A stretch of 64,000 nt of DNA from Camelus dromedarius (taxonomy: Eukaryota): NCBI RefSeq assembly GCF_036321535.1, contig NC_087447.1, positions 40,178,001 to 40,242,000 on the forward strand. The letters run 5' to 3'. Shown one piece after another: positions 25,750 to 37,430 of the stretch (positions within the stretch are counted from its first letter, which is position 1; each line of letters begins with the position of its first letter). The position numbers and the translations under genes are program-made. Below the pieces are notes generated by a model. The model did not search any database and was not told where the DNA came from. It saw only the letters and a list, made by a program, of their open reading frames with translations.

Positions 25750-26320
25750 GCTAGAGCAGCCCCTTCTACCTTCTTTCTGCCTCAAAACCAGACATGATGG
25801 CTGGAGCTGCAGCAACCACCTTGTGACTACAAAGTGACAAGTATGAGGAAAAGCCTAGAGCTGCATTATCCAATTCAACAGCCATTAGTCACATGTGGCT
25901 ATTGAGCATTTCAAATGTGGCTAGTCTGAATTGAGTGGAGCTGTAAAAGACACAGAATTTCAGAGACTTAACACACACACACACAAAGAATGTAAAATAT
26001 CTCAGTAATAATTTTTTATATTGACTACGTGCTGAAATGATAATATTGTGGATATATCATGTTACATGAAATACATTATTAAAATCAATTTCACCATTTC
26101 TTTTCACCACTTTTAAAAATGTGGCTGCTAGAAATGTTTAAGTCACATAGGTAGTTCACATTACATTTCTATTGGACAGCACTGGCTCAGAGAGTCACAG
26201 AGAATATAGCTACTGAATTTCTAGTCACCATCGTTCTCTTGACATCTGGTTAAAAAATAAGCCCTTATTTGTTTATGTCTCTGTTACCTGCAGCTAAGGG
26301 CAATCCTTTCTGACTCAGAG
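25750..26320 (+). mobile_element. MLT1-type MaLR LTR interrupted by MER33
   Basis: gacatgatggctggagctgcagcaaccaccttgtgac ... aaataagcccttatttgttt...ctgttacctgcagctaa. Confidence 0.7.
25861..26184 (-). mobile_element. MER33, full length, nested in the MLT1 LTR
   Basis: cacatgtggctattgagcatttcaaatgtggctagt...ttacatttctattggacagcactg; degenerate TSD gcctagag / gctcagag. Confidence 0.85.
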
Positions 26321-27819
26321 GGGAGAACAACCTGAATGCAGGGCCCGGTGAAGCGGGTAGGACCTGCCCTATGGCAGGAAGGCTGAACTCAGCCTGGTAC
26401 CCCACCCAGCTGATAAGAGGTAGACAGATATATTCACACTAAGTGGAAAAATCCCCTGCCATGGACTATACTGATCTCCAAGACATTTTTTATTGTGAAA
26501 AAAAGCAAAGCAGAGCAAGAGCTTCTCCAATGAGCAGGAACGAGGGAAGCCAGGGGACACCTTCCAGTCTGGGAAGCAGAGCATGAAACTGCTTCATGAT
26601 TTCCTCTTGCCCTGCCCAGTGGTACACATTAATTTGGATAATCCTGGCCAGAGATTCCCTAAGGCCTTGTGCAACCCTGGGTGGGCCAGGAACTGCCAGA
26701 GGTTTTTCTTTTTTTCTGCCAAGAAAAAGGAGGCCCAGCAGCCCTTCAGCCTCACAGGCCTACTGGCCAATTTCCCTGTCCCTCTTGAAAGCTCCATGAA
26801 CAGCCAGATGTTAGTCAAGGCGCAGACAAGCCTGTGACCATCATCTTGCATCACAGGGAGAGGATGCTCAGGGAGCAATACTCAGATGCAAATCTGGACA
26901 GACGCTTGAATAAGGAAATAAGGGATTGGCTGGTCCCAGCTTCTGTAAACCCACTATCGAGGCTTGGCAATACCAGGACTCACCAGTACAGCTTCAGAAA
27001 GAAGCCTCCTCAGCTACATAGTTCATTCATTTAGTTCCTGAGCACCTTCCCTGTGCCAAGTACTGTGCTGGGTGCTTCAGACCCAAGGATGAGCCAGATA
27101 CGTACGGTTCCTCTCCTTATGGAGCTCAAGGTGAGTGGAAGGGGACCAAAAAGCAGTCAATGAGGGGCACCGATCAGCAGGATAGTGATAGGACCAGAGC
27201 CTGGGATGGGATCCCCTGGGGGCACCAAATCCAAAGGGGGATGAAATAAAAGAAGGGGAAGTAGAAAAGAGATCATGGCAGGCTGCCTGGAGGAGGTGAC
27301 ACTAATTTAAACTGAATCATAAAGAGAACAAAGTAGCTAGGCCAGGAAGGGGTCCCAGTTCAGCACAAAGAATATAGATCTTCCATGGCCAGAGCTCTAA
27401 AAGCTCCCACCATTATGAAATTCTGAAGACAGCATACACTTGTATTTGTTCTTCTTTTAAAAAGCATTCACCTTTTACAGATAAAGCAATCGTATTAATG
27501 AGATCATGTATGTGAAACTATAAAGCAGTAGGCATTTGTTGCGTGGTAACAGTAATTAAATTGTGATTATGATCGTTATGGGGGTGGTGACAATCTCTTC
27601 CATATTGCTACCGGACTGCTCTTCACTCAGTGGCCCCATTCAAAGCCACCCAGCCCAGACTCCAGGATTCAAAGGATGTCCATCCCAATGCCCACTCAGC
27701 CAAGCCAAGGAAATCCAAGTGGGCAACAGCCCACCATGGTAGCTCCCTTCTCAAGCAGGACTCTTCTTGTCACTCTCCTGCACTACTGGTGGGAGTGTCC
27801 CCTGCAAGGACCTCCATGG

Positions 27820-28370
27820 ACAGGATCTTGACAATGCCTGTAACACTGTCAATGCAATGCACACACCCTTGGACCCCGAAGTTCTCACAATCTATCCTAT
27901 AGACGTGCTTTCACGTGCATACAAAGTACATATGAGGAAGTGTACTGCGGCACTATTTTAAACAGCAACAGACTGGAAACAACCTAAGCAGTTAAATAAA
28001 TTGTGATGGAGCCATAAAATGGGAAGCCATAAAAAGCCATGCAAATAATAAAATGATTAGATCCTCACATACTGATACAAAACAATCTCCAAGATATATT
28101 TTTAAGTGGAAAAAAGTTCACAACAAATGTGTAAAAATATTTTCCATTTAATAATAGGAAGAAGGATGCACATGTGCACACGCTCGTACACACGCACATG
28201 CTCACACACGTAGAGACTTTCAGGAAGGGCACCTGGGAAGTGGTACAGTGGTTGCCTCAGGGTGGAGACTTGGGGGCCTCCTCCCAGAAAAAAGATACTT
28301 CTTTTCACCGAATACTTTCTCACCCCGCTTGAATTAATTTTTAAATCGTGAGCATGCATTTCTTTTTTAA
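27820..28370 (+). mobile_element. L1ME-like 3' remnant
   Basis: ccttggaccccgaagttctcac...ctggaaacaacctaa...atctccaagatatatttttaagtggaaaaaag. Confidence 0.7.
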
Positions 28371-29714
28371 TTAAGGAAAACGAATTAGTTTTTTCTTAAA
28401 AAGACAAAGAAGCCTTTATTTATACATGTATTTGTAAAATGAACCACAGTGAACCCGGATTAACCACTTCCTATGAAGACAGCCAAAAAAGAGTTTTTTC
28501 CAGCTCAGTTTAATATTGTCGGGAATTGAATTTCCTCAAGCTTACATATCACGTTCAACACATGCATTCACTCAAACCCCACATGCTCCATGTAGAGCTG
28601 CAGTGGCAAGTGTAGTAATTCATACTCTCTGATTGGTAATCTGGGCTTGAAAACGTGTCTAGTGTAGCAGTGCCCAAATCCACTGTCAGGTAAGTAGACA
28701 GATCCAGAGTTCATGGAAGATTTTCGTTCCACCAGTACAGAATTTCGCACCGCAGGGACCATCCTCTGCTCTGTTGATTAAGTCTGCAACTGTTCGTATC
28801 AGGCAAGGCGATGCTAGACATTTCCCAGCCAGCACAACAGAGCCTGGCTTCAAGGGCCATGATGGGTGATTTCAGAGGTGGGGAATGTCAGATAGGCTTA
28901 TCTAGGCCTGGAGATAGCGGCCTTCCCTCCCAGTTTCACCCCTCCCACCCTACGTCCCTACTCCAGCTGTGCTCTGCTTTGAAGCTCAGGAACCACGTAA
29001 TGAGTTGGGCCACAAGCACTCCCCAGGCCTGGGCTACCCACCACTGGGGAGCCAAAGACAGGTGAAGGTCACAGTCAGGAGCAAAAAGTGTGGGATGGCC
29101 CTGCTGGATGTTCACAAAATCCAGACATTTCCTTCTCACAAGATAACCCGAGAGTTTTCATTATATCGGCTGGCTCCACTACTGCTGGTGACAGGAGTCC
29201 ATGAGTCATTTCCTGCTAGTGTGTTTTTATGGCAATGATGTACAAATGCCTTCTGGTCTGAACTGGTTACCTGTGATGACTGAGCCATCCCTTGGAGGGT
29301 AGGGGGAGGAGGAACCCTGGATTGGGAATCAAGGCTCATCCTCAATGATCCTCCAGGTCCTCGGTTTGAGGGAGTGACCCTCCCGGAGGAGACCCTCCCT
29401 CCACAGCCTGGCCCCAGGAGGCCTGCCTGGTCTCCTCTGCCATGTGTCCATTCTGCTCTTTCAGGCTCTCAAGCTCTCCCCACACACAGCTTCATGCCCA
29501 TTACATGAGCAACACGCTCTTCCCAGAATATGTTTCTCTGACTTATAGTCCCTCCAGCTCTTCCTTCAGTGATGCAAGGCAAACTTCTACTTGTCTGCCA
29601 AGCCCCAAATCATATCTCCTCTTCCAGGAAGCATTCCCAGATTACCCCAAGTCATGCCTCGCTCTTCTATACTCCTGCAGGACAGTGCACACAGCTCTCT
29701 CATAGCACTGAGGA

Positions 29715-29920
29715 TATTAATGATAGTAATGACTAAACATTTACTGATCACTTATCATGTACTGGGCAGCATTCTAAGCACTGTACAAAGATGGCCTTAT
29801 TTAATCCTCATAGTAATTCCATGAAGGAAGTACTCTTATTATCCTCATTTTACAGAGACTGCTACTGAGGATCAGAGATTTCAGTAACTTGCCCAAGGCC
29901 ACACTGCTATTAAGTGACTG
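29715..29920 (-). mobile_element. MIR SINE
   Basis: catttactgatcactta...tttaatcctcat...cctcattttacagag...agtaacttgcccaaggccacac. Confidence 0.85.
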
Positions 29921-30703
29921 ATTGGTGCCTAGACAGGTGCCTGACGCAAAGTAGCTGCTCGATAATCATTTACCTCATAAATGATTAAATAAGTGAATAC
30001 AGAAATTACGACACTTCTGTCTCCTCCATAGAAAGCTCAAATGAGAACCACTTATTATTAGTCTTTCAAACTATCTCCCCTGCCAACCCTGGGTATTGGA
30101 AATACCTAATGAGTGAACGAACCAAAGACTGTATGAGCAAACCAGGAAAGAGACTCCAAATCCCAGCAATGCCACCCACTAGCTTCTACCGAATAGTTTC
30201 AGCTTCCTGGGCCCCTGTTTGTCACCTGTCAAATGTCAAATACACAACATTCTGTCAAGTTCCTTCTAGCATTACAGGGTACGTATAAAATAAACGGCCG
30301 GCTCCATGACCTAGTGATGATGGTAATTCCCACGCCAGATTATGTACTGCATTTTCCCCAGAGCTGTTCTCCCCGGAAACATTACACAACTGGATGTGGC
30401 ATGTGATCCAGCACTACCCTAATTCAGGGCCAACATCAGTCCCGAAAAAGTATCTTTGTCTCGCTCCGGGTTCACTCCTTCCTTGTTCAAAGAGGTCACA
30501 CCCAGGGAAAGAATTATTAAGTGCCTGGCAAAACTCTCATAAATAATAATCAATAATTAACAATGATCCCAAGTTAGGTTATGCAACTGGCACCTACGCC
30601 ACTGGTCTAGGGACCCTGCAGTCCCCCGCCCTGTCCCCTGCTACCTGTACCAGAGGCCTTCTTCTCCAAACAGATTCTGGTCACAATCTCTGCCTACCAT
30701 CAC

Positions 30704-30707
<4 letters not shown>

Positions 30708-30746
<39 letters not shown>

Positions 30747-30755
30747 TCACTCACT
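30708..30755. repeat. (CA)17 microsatellite followed by (CACT)3; reads (GTGA)3(GT)n on the transcribed strand
   Basis: cacacaca...acacactcactcactcact. Confidence 0.97.
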
Positions 30756-31299
30756 GTTGGCGTGGAGGGAACAGTACAGTGCTTAGCCCCCATGGGAGCT
30801 GATAAAGGCTTGTGAAATGCTGAGGCCCAGACCCACTCTCAATGGTGCCGAGATGCATCCACATCTGCACAAAGGTGGTAGTTCTGGCTGAACATCGTTC
30901 ATTCCCCCTGTACCTGGGGCTAACCAGGAGCCTGGCTAGGTGCCTGGAACCTGACACGCCTGTGTTTTACACGGCTTAGCATTAATGATCAACCGAGTGC
31001 ACACTAATGCCTGGCATTTCTTGTTCGGCTAATGCTCAGCCTAAACTACACCACCAAAGGATACCTAAGTGAGGTGTGTGAGCAAGACAGCGTCTGTTCA
31101 TGTCGAAAGAGAGGGAGGACCATGTTCTCTGTTTTGCTTGACTCACAACAAGCAGTACAAGCACCAGGCTTTTAGAGCGAGTATTAACCATCTATGTGAG
31201 TCCAAAATGGAGAGGACTGTATCATAACCAGTATGCAAACAAGCAATCACCTGTTGTGTAGAGGACACTTGCTGTTTGTCCATCTCCCACCTCCACGTC

Positions 31300-31710
31300 C
31301 CTGGGGACCTGCTCCTCTCTCATGTCAATCAGGTGATGCTTAAAAGGGCTGCCAAAGACAGCAGCCAGCGCCCCTGGCTTTGCCACAATATCTGGCCCAG
31401 AGGTGAGCCGGTAGAGATCCTTCCCTGAGATTCTTTCCCAAATTGAGCAGGAAGAGAAAGATTCTAGTCTTTTGGGTCACAGAGCTATAAAGATATCAGC
31501 TAGAGGCTAACAACATGGAGAAACGGTTTGCAGGAGGGAAAAACGGAGCCAAGGCAGAGCAAACCATCCGAGAGATAGATGGAAGGAGAAAGAATAGGAA
31601 AGACTTTGAGTGTCTAGAGCTTCCTGTTTATACAATTTAATCATTCCCCTGTTTTGTCTAGGTTAGTTTGAGTTGAGTTTCTGAAATGCACAGCTAAAGT
31701 AGCCTAACGC
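31300..31710 (+). mobile_element. MLT1-type LTR remnant
   Basis: atccttccctgagattc...ttgtctaggttagtttgagttgagtttctg...agcctaac. Confidence 0.55.
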
Positions 31711-33649
31711 AGTCACAACCGTACAAAAAGGGTATTTTCAAATGTGTTTTTTCTTCAGGGTCTCAGTAGTTTTTATGAGATGAGCTACCACCTATTTGAA
31801 ATGTCTTTGTTCCTCCTCCTAAAAAAGGTGTAAAAATTCCTGGGCAAGAACCACTCTTTCTCAGCCTCACTAACTAAAGACATTAGTTCTTTCCCTTTGT
31901 ATCTTAGGCATCAATGATGACCTACCAACCACAGGATGTAAGGACTTTTCCACTTCAAGTCATCAAGCTTGTAAAATAGGGGCTGGCCAGACAGGCTAGG
32001 CAACGAGCTAGGGATTTGTGAAAGGACATCTTTATGGTGGTCAACCCTCCAATGCCCTCCCTCTGCTGGCTGACGCCCTCCAAAGGTCTGTCTTCAGATC
32101 ACCAAGAAAGTCAGTCTCTCAACTGCTAGACACTGTTGGGTATATGGGGCAATGCATTTCCTGATGAAATAAGAGCTCTGAAAATCTTCCTTGAGAAAAC
32201 ATTTTGCAACCCAGCCACCTGACTTCTATGAAACCTTTTTAAAAGAAAGCCACCATAGACAATTACTGAGAAGGGTGAAGCTTTGAAAGTTAAAAGCTTC
32301 CCCCTCCTGGAATTCTGAAGAGCTGTCCAGTGAACCATGAACCATGAAGTTAGAATAACTCGGAAATGAGGTGATGGACGGGGGTGGCACTTAGGATACC
32401 GGCCCTGCCCCTCTCTCCCCTGTTTTTTCTTTAATGCTTTCATCTCTTCTGCATAAGGCTGAAGCTTGGCTGATTACGGGCAGACCCTTCCTGGATGGCT
32501 AGTATGCTCTGGGCTAAAGCGATTGGGCTGTTTCAGGCTGACAGAATGCTCTCCCATGCCCTGGATGGAGAGCATGTGCACCCCAGGCTCAGAGGAGCTT
32601 GGCAGCTGTCTCCCCCAAGGCAAGGGAAGCAGCCTTATCCCACGGTGGCCTCGAAGGCTCCACATCTCCAAAACAAAAACACAACAGTCCTGATTGCTAT
32701 GGAGAGTTCAATCCTCTTGTCTAGGATTGGCCCCAACTAGAATTCCACGGGCTCTGGCTGAGCTGGCTCCTGTGAAGTCTAAATGCAGCATGCTAGCTTC
32801 TAACCTAAACACACAGCCTGGACCCGTGCCCAGGGCTCACAGGGAAGTCTGGACTTCCGGCCACCCATTCGGCAAGGGGTAACGCAGAGATGTCAGAGAT
32901 GTGATGCTCTGGGCAGCCCCACACTCACCAATGTTGCCTATGGCCACACAGAGGGGGAAGTGATTGGCTTGTGGAGGGTGAACCCCAAGTGTGCAGAGGA
33001 AGGGGTGGGGAGGCGGAGAATGCTGAGGTGTGGAGAGGAAGAGAAAGAGGGAGGAAAAGGCAGTAAAAACCAAAGACCATTGTAGCCAATTAAAGTCAAG
33101 GGATCTTTCTAAAACGTTTGCTCCTAGGGAAACACAACTCTAATTGGGTCTCTCCAAGGAATTTAGGGCATAAGCCCTAGAATGAGAGACATCAAGGTTG
33201 CCTTCTTGTGTGTGACGTTGGCCAAGATAACTGACTTCTCAGGTTCCGTATCTCTTAAATGACCCAAAGGACTACTGTGCTGTTCAAGGAGACCATGTAC
33301 AGAACGTGCCTACCCCATAAATGTTGCTCAAAAAATAGTAGCTACCAGAAGAAGCAGTGGTAGGAGTAATAGGAGAAACAGGATAACATCAAGCATGCCT
33401 TCATTCTCTCTGCCTTGGAGAGGACACAAGAAGAGTTGTTGAGGCCACCAGGATAAGGTGGAAGCCCCCAGCCAGGATAAGCTGGGCACATAGACACAAA
33501 GGAGACCTTCAGCTGAATCCAACAATAAAACACACACACACCTACCAAGAATCTCAGAACAGCAAAATGGCAACAGCTTTCTAACCTCCCAACAAGCCAA
33601 CCCCCCTGCCCCACTTGGGTACGAAGCGTCCAGCAGGAGTTTCCCTTAC

Positions 33650-33913
33650 CTTGGTGTTCATGCAAGACTTCCCTCGCTTATACTCCTTGTGGGACCCGCG
33701 CTTGTCCAGTTTGTACCACAGGGCCTTGGCCTTCCAGGTGGTCACCTTGGACTTGAGCTTGGAATAAAAGTTTCTGTGGTCCAGGGGATCTAGGTCCAGG
33801 TGCCGTGTGAGGATGTTGAAGGCCTGGAGGGTGCCTTTGCATGTGGAAGCCTGGACAAAGTTCTCGAAAACCTGCCCGGCCTGGGTCTGCTTCTCATCCT
33901 CATTTTCCCCCAT
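33650..33913 (-). CDS. MICAL2: MICAL2 first coding exon, CDS part (codons 1-88; N-terminal part of the flavoprotein monooxygenase domain of the F-actin methionine monooxygenase MICAL2). The CDS continues beyond the left edge of the window.
   Basis: Translation [88 protein letters not shown] matches the recognised MICAL2 N-terminus. ATG at 33913 is in strong context (GACATGG). Phase-0 donor AAG|GTAAGG at 33650/33649. 264 nt = 88 codons. Confidence 0.97.
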
Positions 33914-33989
33914 GTCTCAGGAGCCTCGTAGAGCAGTGGTGTGGAGAGGATGGAGGAGAACACCATGAAGTACCGGAGAAGCGTCACAC
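33914..33989 (-). other. MICAL2: 5'UTR portion of the MICAL2 first coding exon (whole exon 33650-33989)
   Basis: Acceptor cctctacctccgcctacctttgcAG|GTGTGACG (AG at 33991-33990). Branch-like CTCAC with A at about 34015. Resembles the human MICAL2 5'UTR as recalled. Confidence 0.9.
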
Positions 33990-35229
33990 CTGCAAAGGTA
34001 GGCGGAGGTAGAGGTGAGCTCCAGGGAGGCAGAGAGGGTACAGAGAGGTAAAAAGGCAACTCCTTTAAGACATTAACATAGGAAACATAACACTGACTAC
34101 TAAACATACTTAATATATAGAAAATGTACAGTCAGTCATACCTTCTAACCTGGCTGCCTTGCTGGCAATCTCTCTCTCTGCAACACTCCACTCACTTGGC
34201 TGGCTGAAAAGAACTACAGATTGTCAAAGATATACCCTGGTCAATCTTGCTATGAGCCAGATGGTTCTGGAAGCAGTAACCAGCAAAAGGAAAACAAACA
34301 AAACACAGAAAGGCACACTCAACTCGGTACCACTGAAAACCTATAATTTTGTGTGCCACAAATTGGTTGACTAATATTAATATAACCTAACCACATAACA
34401 GGGGTGCACAGCCCCCAGAATCAAAGCACACGCCTCCCTAGATTTCATGACCATCATCCCACCCATCCTAAGATGTCACACTTTGAAGTCTTCCTTTGTC
34501 AGTTACCAGAAGGCGAGTCTTTCCCTTATACAGACCACAAACGGCAAGTTCTCAAAATGTCTCTCTATTCCTTGTATCTGCCAGAAGCACAGCACCCACC
34601 TCAGTCAGACATAAAGAAGGACAGGCAGACACATGGGTCTCCTCCTGATGCACAGAACGTCTCTGTGCTTTGTAAGGCCAAGCTGGGAGCTATTCGGAGT
34701 CAGACGCGCTACCATTGCGCCATGAGGTCCTGCAAGCTGAGAGCTATTTGGAAACAAGAGCTTAGGTCAAAGGAAGGAAAAATGCGATGGAGGTTCATTC
34801 ACATCACAAAAATAGCTCCCCTGGGTTCTGGCCATCGTCCTTTCTCTCTGCACCACTCTAACCTCAGGCATTTTCTTAGGAAAGTCATTTAAGTTTCAAA
34901 GGAACAAAAATAAATTAGAGTTGATTTTCCAAAGCACTAGTTATTTTTCCAGACTCCAAAGCAAGTGCAAGAAGACAAGCATGGAGGAGCTGGGGCTGGC
35001 CCAGCTGCCAGAGGGCTTGGGGGGGGGGGTCTGTAAACAAGAGGATATGGCATACCAAGTTCTCCCAGACGGCAGCCTGGCAGGAGGAGGTCAGCACACA
35101 GAGACCAGGCCCTCGGGCTAGGCAGCTTCTGACTCTCCAGACAGAAATGTTATTACGGGTGCATTTGGGGATTGTAAGGCTGGCCTTATAAGACTAAAAA
35201 CAGAAAATTGTGTTTATCTTCTTCCTTAA

Positions 35230-35750
35230 TCCTTTACTCATTCATTCAGCAACAACTGCTGGTGCCTTAGCAAGGGCCACGCATTACCCCAGATGCTGGG
35301 GATACAGAGATGGGGCCTAGCGAGGAAGTCAGGCCCATAAAGAGCTGATTACAAGACAACAGGCAAGCACATATAAAAATGAACACAGCACATAGAAGCC
35401 TAGAGAAGGAGGTGTTTAACAGAGCCTGGACGAGTCCAGAGGAGCCACAAGAGGGAAATGCCAAAATGCTACAATTTTAGGAACAAAGTAGATTTTACTA
35501 GAAGATGGGGGAAGAGACCATATGAAGGTATAAGTCTGGAAAGAGCCAGTAGAGCTGCAAAAGGACAGCAAGGTCAAGGTGTCAGGAGTTTAGGACTCGT
35601 GACAAGGTGTGGTGGGGCATCCAGGGCAGACTACAGAGGGGGTCTGGCTTCTCTAGTGGGCCGTGGGGAGCAGGAGACAGAGCAGCAGGGTGAGACAAAG
35701 CTTTGGGAAGACAAGTGGGCAGAGATAGACTGGGGAAGGAGGCAGCAATG
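35230..35750 (-). mobile_element. L2 3' end (antisense)
   Basis: ctcattcattcagcaacaactgctggtgcc...gatgctggggatacagagatg. Confidence 0.65.
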
Positions 35751-37189
35751 AGGAAAGAAGCTGGGAGGGCAGGGAAAGAGAAAAGCACACACGTGTATGT
35801 TATACAGCCGCTGCCTGGGCACCACCTGTGAGGGGCGGCATGCTCGGGGCAGACAAGCTGTCCAGACACCAGACACCCAGAAACCGAGGGATGAGGTGGC
35901 ACGGGCTACAGTATAGGACCCTCCCTCCCATCCGTCTTTCCCCAAGAGCTTCCAGTGGGCCTGGCTCAGTTGAAGTAGAAATAGCACGTTCCCTGGTCCA
36001 GGCCCAGCCAAGCTCCACACTGCGGCCAGGCCTCCATCCTCCATGAGAACTTACCTGGCTGCACTGGTCCCTCAACTCAACAGGTTCAGAGCTGGCTCTG
36101 TGCCTTGCCTGGCACTGATAAGACACGGATTCGCTCACACATGCTCTCTCGGCGCCTTTAACGTCTGCAGTGCTCACTTTGGCATCGCTCACATAAACAC
36201 TGCCTCCTACTGTGTCTCCATGTTCCCCATGTGTGGGGCTCACCACCCAGGGAGCATAAACATAGAACAAGAGGAGTTTGCTTTTCAGGGTGTATTAACA
36301 TCCTCAACCTTTATCTAGCTTTGGAAGCATTTCTGTGCCTGGGATTGAGCAAGGGATGCAGGGGCTGATGGATGACTACAAAACTACTTGAGTCCCACTG
36401 GCACCCTGCAGGCCTTTCCAGGGATGGGCAGGTAGTACAGAGAAAGCCACAGGTGCTGACGGCTCTTGAAGCCTGCGTCCAGAGCTCAGCTTGATGCCTC
36501 CCTGCCCGTGTGGCCTCACACAGGCCACGGAAGCCCTAGTCTCAAGTTTCTCCTTTTGTAAGGGACGGACAATAGTCCGCACCTTGCAGAGTTGCTGTGG
36601 AAGGAAAGACACACAAGTGATGGCAGAGCCTGGCCCTACGAAGCACTGAGCAGACGTGGAAATGCATGCTGAAGCCATCACCTGGGGCGGATCTGAATCT
36701 GGGGAATGCACCAGTTTGAAAAAGAGTTTCATAAATCAATTCTTTAAGTCACCAACTCCTCCCTGTATAAAATGGTGAACTGTTCAGGGGTATCAAGCCA
36801 GACCTGACTCTCAGAGAATAATTTACAAACCAGAAGAACCTGTCTCCTCTCAACCCCAGCTGCCTCCCATCCTCCTCCAAATGAAAAATGAACAACTTAA
36901 TTTTAGGACTCCAGGGAAAAGAGCCAAAGTGGTGCTGAGGGCACTGGGTGGGCGTGGGAGATCCAGGAGCTAGCTCTTATCTGGAGTGAGAGGAGGGGAG
37001 GTGGAGGGAGATGGCCGGACAGGAGAAGATAAGCTCTGACTGGGCCCGTGCCCCAGCAGCCCGTACCAGGCTCAGCCCTGCCTCCCTGCACCTAAGGGGT
37101 CTAGTTTCAGCCTTTAAAACTGCTTTCCAATTTAAGCCGAAGACCTTAGAGATGACTCTAACACCCACGCTGAGTTAGGTTTCCTCACA

Positions 37190-37430
37190 GAAGAGCATTC
37201 GAATATTTAGAGCCTGGCCAACTCGGGTGTGAATCTGGTCTCAAGGCCTTGCTGGCTGTGTGATGCTAGGCACGTTATCTAGTCTATCTCAGTCTGTTTT
37301 CTCATCTGTTAATTGGGGATACAAGTACTCACTTCCTAGGTTGGAAAGGAATATATTCAGTCACGTGTGTGATGTATTTAGCACATGGAGACTACGTGAT
37401 AATCAGCACTCACTACTATTCATCAAATGG
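37190..37430 (+). mobile_element. MIR SINE
   Basis: gggtgtgaatctgg...ctcagtctgttttctcatctgttaattggggata. Confidence 0.75.

Noticed and set aside
28568..28762. 64-aa ORF in a unique-looking block, with a perfect + strand donor CAG|GTAAGT at about 28687
   Set aside because: No recognisable protein or matching acceptor; insufficient support for an exon or pseudogene, though the block may be conserved non-coding sequence
30312..30420. C-box-like GTGATGA suggesting a C/D snoRNA
   Set aside because: No suitably placed D box (CTGA) or terminal stem
33581..33649. ORF-track extension [22 protein letters not shown]
   Set aside because: Read-through past the canonical AAG|GTAAGG donor into the intron
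1..33649. Search for the next MICAL2 coding exon (CLIVGGGPCGLRTAIE...)
   Set aside because: Not found by eye on the minus strand; presumed to lie beyond the left edge
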